Below, in pieces: positions 54,720 to 64,000 of a DNA stretch of 64,000 nt. Below the pieces are notes generated by a model. It was not told where the DNA came from, did no database searches, and saw nothing but the letters and a program-made list of their open reading frames with translations. Positions within the stretch are counted from its first letter, which is position 1, and the number at the start of each line of letters is the position of its first letter. Source of the DNA: Dendrobates tinctorius (Eukaryota); contig NW_027361752.1 in the NCBI RefSeq assembly GCF_039654945.1, positions 7,006,001-7,070,000 on the forward strand, in the 5' to 3' direction. Position numbers and translations under genes: made by a program.

Positions 54720-55433
54720 TGTAACTTTATTTTATTTATGAATGTGTCTTATGTCTGATTATTGAGCGCTCCAGGGTGTGCATTTGCTTTCAGCTTGTTA
54801 ATGTATGGTACCTTCAAGTCTGGGCGCATGTGTGACCACATTTGACCTTAGTCATGGCGTCTATGTTGCGTCTGCGTTGCATCATCCAAAAACCGGAGGA
54901 CCAGTTTTACATTGGTCAATGCGCTGCTAGTACAAAGTGGGCTCATCCTCTGAAGTATAATTGAATTGTCCATTTGTCGTGACTTTCTTTGCATGATTCT
55001 ATTGTCCGATACATTCTTTATAAGCGGTGTCTTCCCCCTCGCCCAACACACCCCCTGACAAAGAAGGGCAAAAAGCGGGCTCGGGGGCGAAGGGACACAC
55101 AACCGGTCAGCAACAATGCAGGTAGAAATTATCTTAACTTTTTGTGATATGTTATCTGTAGTTAGGATATATGAATGATATATTTTATTAGCACACCTTG
55201 CAAATCATGACCGGCACTGGTTCCAGTAGATCCAAACCAAATTCATTAATCACGTAACCTTCCATTGTTGTAACCTCGGTCTGTGTCCCAATTTGTTGTG
55301 ACCTCCTTCCATTGTTTTATATTCATTATATCTATTTTACTAGGATATCGAATAAAATATCTCATTTTAATAAACGCCCGTTTGGTCCTTTTTTTCAGCT
55401 GATCTCTGTATGCTCTATTTTTGTGTAGTTACA
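54720..55433 (+). mobile_element. Putative solo LTR upstream of PROS1
   Basis: TGTAACT...AGTTACA perfect terminal inverted heptamer, AATAAA near the 3' end (about 55350 and 55369), near-TSD aata/cata. Confidence 0.5.
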
Positions 55434-55874
55434 CATAAAATAGACTTTGAAAAAGGCAGAAGAATAAGGCGTCGGAGAAAAACACGAAAATGTATTGAAA
55501 AAAAAAAAAGACGCAAATGCAATAACGAACTGAGCCGTAAATGTTGATCCCACAGAAGCCCTTTACGATAAAAGTCCATGTAATCAGTTTCTCCACACTA
55601 ACTGGGAGAGTTGCTTCATACAAATACCCAGATATTTTGCAATTCCCACTGTTCCGATAAGTCAGAAGAGTCCATGTGGATACCTGATCCCATGGTGTTT
55701 GTGTACTTGTCAGGGGAGGGATGTTTCCTGGAAAAGCCCTGGAGTCATTGGGCCTTTATCCAGCTCCTGGATCTGAGCTCCCCCCAGCCAGTGTGGTGGG
55801 TGAGAGGCTGGGCTGAGCTCACACACAGCCCTGTGCAGGCCTGGCCATAGCAGGCTCCTCCATGCTAACGGATC

Positions 55875-55947
55875 ATGATGTTAATGAGCACCCTGGTCCT
55901 GCTGGCCTCCTCACTCTTCATTACTTCCCTGTGTGAAGGGCGCACTT
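55875..55947 (+). CDS. PROS1: PROS1 exon 1, signal peptide (MMLMSTLVLLASSLFITSLCEGRT)
   Basis: Hydrophobic signal peptide. Phase-1 donor T|GTAAGT joins exon 2 in frame. Confidence 0.8.
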
Positions 55948-56469
55948 GTAAGTATTTTCCTTCTTTCTCTTTGTGTCTTGTTCCACTATATGTTGTGCAA
56001 CACGGTAATAATAGGGATTTAGAGTCAGAGTTTCGTAATCATCCAGGAACCTCTAATAGGAACTGTGGAGTCAGAGATATAAGAGCATTATATGCATCTA
56101 AGTCTCCGGCCGAAATATAATCCAAAGTACATCTGTGTATGCTGGGGGCGAAGTGGACACAGGGCTGCGAGCTGATGTGTGCGGCCTGTGACACGGGTCA
56201 CCATGTATCCAGACTGCTCCTTTTACATCCTGTTGTTTATCATCTCTTTACATCTTGTGTTTATGTTATTTATTACTGGGGATACTATGAGTTTGTTTAC
56301 CATGTAATTAGCTTTTTTAGTTTGCTTCTCCCATTTCCTGTGACTATTGGGCTCATTATGTTGGATCATCCTTCTGAATTTATACAGCACTTATAAACGG
56401 AAGTGTGGAAGAAGTGGAAAAATACATAAAAAATAAAGCCAGCCTTATATTTAGATAGCAGTCTCTCCC

Positions 56470-57770
56470 GAATGCTCCATACACGCGCACACTCCATACA
56501 CACGCACACTCTCCATACACACACGCACACTCTACTGCTCCATACACACGCACTCTCTACATCTCCATACACACACACTCTACTGCTCCATACACACACA
56601 CACTCTCCATACACACGCACATTCTACAGCTCCATACACACACACACTCTCCATACACACGCACTCTCTACAGCTCCATACACACGCACACTCTCCATAC
56701 ACACACACTCTCTACAGCTCCATACACACGCACTCTCTACTGCTCCATACACACGCACATTCTACAGCTCCATACACACGCACTCTCTACAGCTCCATAC
56801 ACACGCACACTCTCCATACACATGCACACTCTACTGCTCCATACACATGCACATTCTACTGCTCCATACACACGCACTCTCTACATCTCCATACACACAC
56901 ACTCTACTGCTCCATACACACACACACTCTCCATACACACGCACACTCTACAGCTCCATACACACGCACACTCTACAGCTCCATACACATGCACATTCTA
57001 CTGCTCCATACACACGCACTCTACAGCTCCATGCACGCACATTCTACAGCTCCATACACACGCACACTCTACAGCTCCATACACACACGCACTCTACTGC
57101 TCTATATACACACACACTCTATAGCTCCATGCACACTCTACAGCTCCATACACACGCTACTGCTCCATACACACGCACACTCTACAGCTCCATACACACA
57201 CGCACTCTACTGCTCTATATACACGCACACTCTATAGCTCCATGCACACTCTACAGCTCCATACACACGCTACAGCTCCATACACACGCACACTCTACTG
57301 CTCCATACACACACGCACTCTACTGCTCCATACACACGCACACTCTACAGCTCCATACACACGCACACTCTACTGCTCCATACACACGCACACTCTCCAT
57401 ACATACGCACACTCTACAGCTCCATACACACGCACACTCTACAGCTCCATACACACACGCACTCTACTGCTCTATACACACGCACACTCTACAGCTCCAT
57501 GCACACTCTACAGCTCCATACACACGCTACAGCTCCATACACACGCACACTCTACTGCTCTATACACACACGCACTCTACTGCTCCATACACACACACAC
57601 TCTACTGCTCCATACACACGCACACTCTACTGCTCCATACACACACACACTCTACTGCTCCATACACACGCACACTCTCCATACACACGCACACTCTACT
57701 GCTCCATACACACGCATTCTACTGCTCCATACACACGCACGCTCAACTGCTCTATACACACGCACACTCT
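56470..57770. repeat. Complex (CA)-rich low-complexity satellite in PROS1 intron 1
   Basis: ctccatacacacgcacactctac(a/t)g variants. Confidence 0.95.
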
Positions 57771-59832
57771 TCTCAGCCAGTGGAGCATATTTTTGGAGTA
57801 ACGGCCCCATACACATTACATAGCTAATGGCCAAACTATGTTTTGGCTGTCAGGTTCTTCTCCAATCTCCTCCAGACACAGGCTTGAGCGATCATTCCTG
57901 TGTTTTCTATGTGAGAGCTGCTGACAGATTTATCTGGCAGTGACATATCTAAGCACAGCATAAAAGGACCCGCAGTTGAAATTCTAACAACTGTATTTTT
58001 CTCTCCTCCAATATCATCTGTCAAAGGATAGTTTTGAGGCCCTGTTACACACTAGTGTCTTGTATCCTGCCAATATCAGCTGTAAGCCTCTTTCAGATGT
58101 CAGTGAAACATGTCCTGATTATGTATCTATGCTTATGATGCGCGGTCTGTCCATGCATCATAGTCCATTTTTGAGCCGATACTTAAGCTGTTGCCAGTCA
58201 CCACCACAACTTATCTCCCAAGAAAACAAAAGGATCGGGCTTTGTAATTTAATGTGCTGGATCCTTCTTGGCTCTGACAACATTCTCCTTCCCATTCAAT
58301 TTAGATGGTCTTGTTATGTAGGCAGATTAGGACAACTTTAGTCTATTGTGTTTGGGGTTGACAAGTTTGCAGCATATCAGGCCCAATGATTGTTTAAAGG
58401 ATATCTGTCACTGAAGACCCTTTAAAGGGAACATACACCACAATCAGTAAAACTTGGCTGCAATAACAGAGTTGGTATCTAAATCATGCTGCTCATGGTT
58501 CGGGCACCATGAGATAGCTCTTGGGTTCATTTTAAAGATAATGTCCACTTTGGACAATTAAACTTTGGTTCCATGAAGATTAGTTATTCACACAGTGTCC
58601 TGTTGCTATGACCCCGAGCGAGCGGTCAGCTGGGGGTGAACCTGACAGTACATTAATTTCACTGTTAAGCAATGAAAATGACAGAAAAGCAGTTCCAAAA
58701 TCAGTGTATTGTCTGTGTCATACATAAACATGGAGGGTGCTCCTCCTCAGGGTGCTCCTGAGTGCTAGATTCTCTTTGTAGTCACCTTCCACTCATACTG
58801 ATAGCTAAATTGTCTCCTGGGTCAGGAAATCGCTTCTAAAAGACTTTAAGTGACATTTTAACACACATGCTGGGGGCTCCAAGCAGTGTAAACTAATAAC
58901 ATGAACCCTCTAAAGACACTCAGAGCTCCTTAATTGACAGGAGGAGGGAGGTGTAGAAGATGCAGAAGACACCCTAGGGCAGAACTGTCGGAATTCCTAT
59001 ATGTATCTCATCAATCAGCAGCCATATATGACCTTTCCCTGTTGTCTTAACCTTTTTTCCCAATTTATAACTTTTTCTTAGCAATCAGGCAAAAGCTGGG
59101 CCTGAATGAAGAATAGCCAGGGCTACATGGTGGCAGCTTCATAGTATAATTATAGTCGTTTGTTGGATGGTTTTCGAAGGAAACTCGCTATATTTTTATA
59201 TGTATTTTTGTGATTTATCAGCAGACGTAATGGTATGTATGTATACATACACTTGTAACTTTACTTGTCAACTTTTAGGACAGGTAATATGGGAAATTAT
59301 TTTTTTTAAAGCCATGCCAAACAAAGAAGACCATATAAAAGTACTGTTTCCGAGAGTTTTGGGGAAGATTCTAGTAGACTTTCCAACTTTTCTAGGAGTC
59401 CAATAGTAGTTCTATCCTTTTTCTTGAAAGCCTTTGGATATTGTGGGAAAGTTGGCATGTAGGATTTTAAGGGTGCAGTCAGATGGCCATATCAATTAGA
59501 CTGAGGCCGGAACGCAGTGCAGAGACTGGACAGCGGCTTTCCCCGCCGCGCGCATGACTGCGTCTTCTATTTACATGCAACTGTCAAGCTCGGGTCGAGA
59601 GAGCCGCCGGCCAGTCCTTGTACTGCGTTCCGATTGATATGGGCGTCTCAGTGACATTAGGCTAAAGTGAAGTGTTGATAGGGAGCTGTGTTTTTCTTGT
59701 CAAATTTGAAGGAATCGGCAACGCAGGCTCTGAGGTAAATGTGAACACAGCCGTATAATAATATCAGACATGTTTTTCTAATGTCTTGATAGCTTCTACA
59801 ACGTTCGATGCAACTTAGTTTCCTGGATATAG

Positions 59833-59990
59833 TTCTGTCTTCTCAGGCTGCATCACAATTTCTTATACGGAAAAAGAGAGCAAATTCATTTTTTGAAGAG
59901 AGTAAAGGTGGGGACCTTGAACGAGAATGTATTGAAGAATTGTGTAATAAAGAAGAAGCCCGGGAGATTTTTGAGAATAACCCTGAGACG
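59833..59990 (+). CDS. PROS1: PROS1 exon 2: propeptide (RKKR furin site) and Gla domain
   Basis: [53 protein letters not shown]. 158 nt with AG/GT boundaries. Confidence 0.96.
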
Positions 59991-60542
59991 GTAAGGTCTG
60001 TTCTTTTTTCACACTTTTTCCCGTGATGTTTTGAATAGTTATTTTGTGCTGATAGACTGCTTATAATTCAAGTACAGGCATTTGGTGAACCCCTGGCATG
60101 GCCAAAACCCTCAGTGCACCTTCCTACCTAGATGTTGTCTTCTCTGCCCCATCTTCCTTGGTTGACAGCTATGACTTTTCAGTCATAGAAGGGCTGAGAT
60201 AAATGGAAGACATGTAGGAGGGAACTGTTCGGCCAGGCCAGGGGTACACCAACAGTGATTTTTCAGCTGGTAGATTCTTTTTAAATATTGCTTTGCTGTT
60301 GGTATTGTATTCTATTGCAAAGAAAAATTTGAAGCTGCCAATATACGCTAAATTGTAAATTGTAAGTCCGTCACCGATAAATCTGTTCTAGATAAGATAG
60401 TAACATCTTGCTAATTGCTGGGGGTCCCACCTCTGTGACTCCGTCTGATCCAGATAACATGGCTGTGACGTGCCCGACTAGAACAGGGTTATGGTAGCGT
60501 ATGAGTTATTAACACCTTGCTAGCTTAAAAAGTGATATTTAC

Positions 60543-60722
60543 TAGTGATGAGCGAGCATGTTCAGATTAGGTGTTATCGGAGTATGCTCGTGTCTTAATC
60601 GAGTATTTTCGGCGTGCTCGAAAAAATGCTTCAAGTCACCGCGGCCGCATGTCTTGCGGCAGTTCGACAGCCACAACACATGCAGGGATTGCCTAATAAA
60701 CAGGCACGCTCGCTCATCACTA
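60543..60722. mobile_element. hAT-type MITE
   Basis: TAGTGATGAGCGAGC TIRs, perfect 8-bp TSD ATATTTAC. Confidence 0.85.
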
Positions 60723-61085
60723 ATATTTACCTATTCACTGGATAAGCTTACTGAAGATGGTACCTTACGGGGAACCTGTCACAGCCGATAATGCCATTAT
60801 CCTGCAGATACGGGTTCAAATCTGCAGGTTCATAGTGTTAGAAAGATGCCCGGCTGCCATACTGAAAGTGCGGCTCCTGTGAGAAAATTAACTCTATTCC
60901 TCTAGAGAGCTGCCAGCTTTCAGTTATGCAGGTATGTGAGACGGGGCTGTAAGGACACCCCGGCACTTTGACTAACATCCCGGCTCAGCAGTGCATCGTT
61001 GTTTACATCTGGATAGCTGTGGCTAGGCTACAGTATATCCTTTACCATTCTATTTAGTTCAAAAGTACTTATTTTACAAAGTTAA

Positions 61086-61727
61086 AGGGGTTGTCCACTA
61101 CTCTATTCCCCCAAAGTAAAATAAGAACAACCTGTATTCACTTCACCATTCTAGTGACGTCACTGCTGGGTGTTGGCAGCGGATTATTCAGGATACTCTC
61201 CAAGTCTGTGACAATGGAGCTTCTTCATTCAGGAACAATATATGATAAGTTTAATAGAGCAGGAATAAATCATTTGTGTGTCTCTATCTGTGCAGCATCT
61301 ACAGCAGGCTGCTTCTCTCATACACAGACACGGAAAAACAGGAAACACAGTAACATGTTATCCCCCCCTGTATGAGCCTCTGGGAGGTTTTTTGTTCTAA
61401 CTTTATAAACAGCATACAAATCTAGCAATTAAACACTCATAGACAGGAATGAAGTTTTGGCACTCAGCATATTCCAACACTGGGTCTCCCGGGGCTTGTG
61501 TACCACTAACAGGCAGCTTGAGTTGAAAGTGATGTCTGAAGTGAGAACTGCCGCTGCTCTCTCACTTCTGCTGGATGTCAGTTCTCACGGGACATATCGT
61601 CACTCAAGTCCCGGGAAGACTAGGTTCCGCCAGTGCCAGCACCGGAGGTGAGTATAGGCTGTTTTTATTTTCTATGGGAGACTAGGGTAATGGAGAAGGG
61701 GTTGTCCGAGTGGTAGATAACCACTTT
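61086..61727. mobile_element. Degenerate Kolobok/T2-type MITE
   Basis: TTAA-AGGGGTTGTCCACTACT start and a degenerate agtggtagataaccact end. Confidence 0.5.
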
Positions 61728-61821
61728 CATATTTGGCTTGCAAAAATGTTATTTTGTTTTATCTGAAATAATGTTTAGAATAATATATTTATAATAATGT
61801 TTGTTTGTTTTTTAATTTTAG

Positions 61822-61846
61822 GAATATTTTTATCCAAGATATCTGG
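61822..61846 (+). CDS. PROS1: PROS1 exon 3 (EYFYPRYL, aromatic stack)
   Basis: 25-nt micro-exon typical of Gla proteins. TTTTAG acceptor, GTAAGT donor. Confidence 0.93.
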
Positions 61847-62332
61847 GTAAGTAGGGCTAATGATTACGGTGCATTAAAATATTAATGTTTTTATTTGTGG
61901 AAAATAACTTTGATGGTAGATGCAACTTGTAATACTTGTGCTATGAGCACCACAAGGAAGGAGAGCGTTCTCATTCTTCTTGTGTCCGGCACTTGAGCCC
62001 AAGCCCCGCTCTCTTAGGCCACGGTCAAATATTCAGTATTTGGTGAGTTTTTTACCTCAGTATTTGTAAGCCAAAACCAGGAGCGGGTGATAAATCCAGA
62101 AGCGGTGACGTTTCTATTAGACTTTTCCTCTGATTGTCCCACTCCTGGTTTTGGCTTCCAAATACTGAGGTAAAATATTGAACAAATACTGAGGTAAATT
62201 ACTGACCAAGAGAGGTGAAGCACACTTTCATGGCCTATTTTCTTTAGCTTTTTAAGTAGTTTATATAGTTATTTATTAAAATGTACCATTTTGTTTACTT
62301 TTTTTTAAGTATAAATATTTTATCTTTTATAG

Positions 62333-62419
62333 CCTGCATTGGAAATTATCGAGATAAAGATGACAAGACCAGTTACTTGAATTTTGATGGACCCGCCGAT
62401 CTGAGATCTTGCATTAACG
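62333..62419 (+). CDS. PROS1: PROS1 exon 4, thrombin-sensitive disulfide loop (ACIGNYRDKDDKTSYLNFDGPADLRSCIN)
   Basis: 87 nt, phase 1-1, C...DLRSC motif of the protein S TSR. TTTTATAG acceptor, weak GTTTGC donor. Confidence 0.88.
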
Positions 62420-64000
62420 GTTTGCATATAATTTCTTTATGTACATGAGTACACATGATGTAAATTGTGCAGAGCCCTAATATCCCATCCATAGAAGCCT
62501 ATGGGGCCCTACAATATTTCTAGATCATTCCTACTCTTTAGGTGACGTTCATACAACCGTATTTTCGATCCAAGTGCGGGCCAGGAATAGCACTAGGACC
62601 AATGTTATTCAGTTGGAGCTTTTTGTTTTCAAGGAATGAATCTGCGCAGACGTTAGATAAGACCCATCTATTGAAGTCTATGGGTGCCCAAAAAAATAGG
62701 ATCCCACAGGGATCAACCATATAACATCCAGTTTTAATGAGCCATTGCCATTTTTTTTATATCGGGCACTGTATTTGGTCTTGTAAATTTTAACAAAGGC
62801 TGATGTATAAAAATGGATCCCATACGGATTGCATATACTGTAGATGACAACGGAGATGATAAGTGTCCCTTTTTTTCTGGATGAAATCAGACCATTTTTA
62901 TTATAAGCTCGTGTGAACTTGGCCTTATAGATATACACAGAGCTGTTGTTTTTTTTAAAGAATGACTGATAGAATTTTAAAAGAATTGTTTTAATAAGTG
63001 AATGAATGGAGGAAAAGCCATCAGGAGCCTGTATAGGAAACGTGTCTACATATACACAGGTTTAATCAAAATATTGTGCTATTAACAAAGTATGACAAAA
63101 CGTCAGGTGTCAAAGACACGATATTGACCATCTATCCTTAGAATAAGGCCGGGGTCACACTTGCGGGTGCAATGCGAGAAACTTGCATCAATACCCAACA
63201 CTGCCGCAAGCACTCAGACCGGAGTGTGCGGCTGCATATAAATACACGCAGCCGCACACTCCGATCCGAGTGCCGGGTATTGAGGCGAGAGACTCACGCG
63301 AGTTTTTCGCATTGCACACGCAATTGTGACCCCGACCTAATAATGAGTCCTCAGAGGTGATACTTTTTAATGGCTAACTGAAAAGAGGATGTCATCAGCT
63401 CTTCGGTGAGTCATTATAAGGTATCACCACTGAGGACTCTCATTTTTTACTATTCCATCGAATGGCTAACACCATATAAAGATATATTTTCCTGTATTCT
63501 TAGATAGGTCATCACTGTCAGGTCGCTGGGCGTCCAGTGCCGTACACCCCCAATGATCTGCTGTTTCCTTGTCCCATAGTAGCCACAAATAAGCAGTTTT
63601 TGGAGTAAGAACTACAGCTCCGTACAATGACTAAAGGGCGTTCACGGGTAATGCAGCTCCTATTGGGGTGAATGGGAGCTGAGCTGCAGTACTGGAGAAA
63701 GCTACTGCACAATGTCTGATGTTGAGGTTTCGCTGCTCTGTAAAATATTTACTTCTTGCCACTGCAGGGCCTGCAAATAGCTGATTGTGGAGGTCTCCGA
63801 TGTCAGACCCCAACAATCTGATATTGATGAAAATATCCCAAAGATAAATCATCAATATCTAAGGTTAAAGGAAATAGAAGCTGTTCTCACCAGAAAAGCC
63901 ATGTCGGGCCGTACATTTCTCCTGCAGTGGCGGCTGCGTACAGTATTACATGCCACCCTTAAAATAAATGTACGGTGTTAGGCTACTTGCCCACGATATT

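Noticed and set aside
56472-57827. 451-aa His/Thr-rich ORF
   Set aside because: CA-rich low-complexity repeat within PROS1 intron 1.

Overview
This is eukaryotic DNA from a vertebrate, very probably a frog (inferred from the repeat families). It covers the conserved ARL13B / STX19 / PROS1 locus. On the minus strand are ARL13B coding exons 1-4 (41229 down to 6530); the rest of the gene runs off the left edge. On the plus strand, the single-coding-exon STX19 (28352-29218) is nested antisense in ARL13B intron 3, and PROS1 exons 1-4 (55875-62419) are transcribed divergently from ARL13B. Most of the remaining sequence is transposon or tandem-repeat DNA: a degenerate DIRS retroelement, two non-autonomous Helitrons carrying minisatellites, three Tc1-superfamily copies (one DD38E), a 5'-truncated L2 LINE, a V-SINE, putative solo LTRs, many Harbinger-, Kolobok/T2-, hAT- and piggyBac-type MITEs, and several minisatellites that generate long spurious ORFs. 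I found no convincing new multi-gene system. The most notable points are a predicted extra ARL13B 5'UTR exon with an RFX/ZNF143-type promoter next to a 3-kb G-skewed array, a remodelled protein S thrombin-sensitive loop, a DD38E transposon nested in a Helitron end, an apparent intron in DIRS gag, and a degenerate hammerhead ribozyme.
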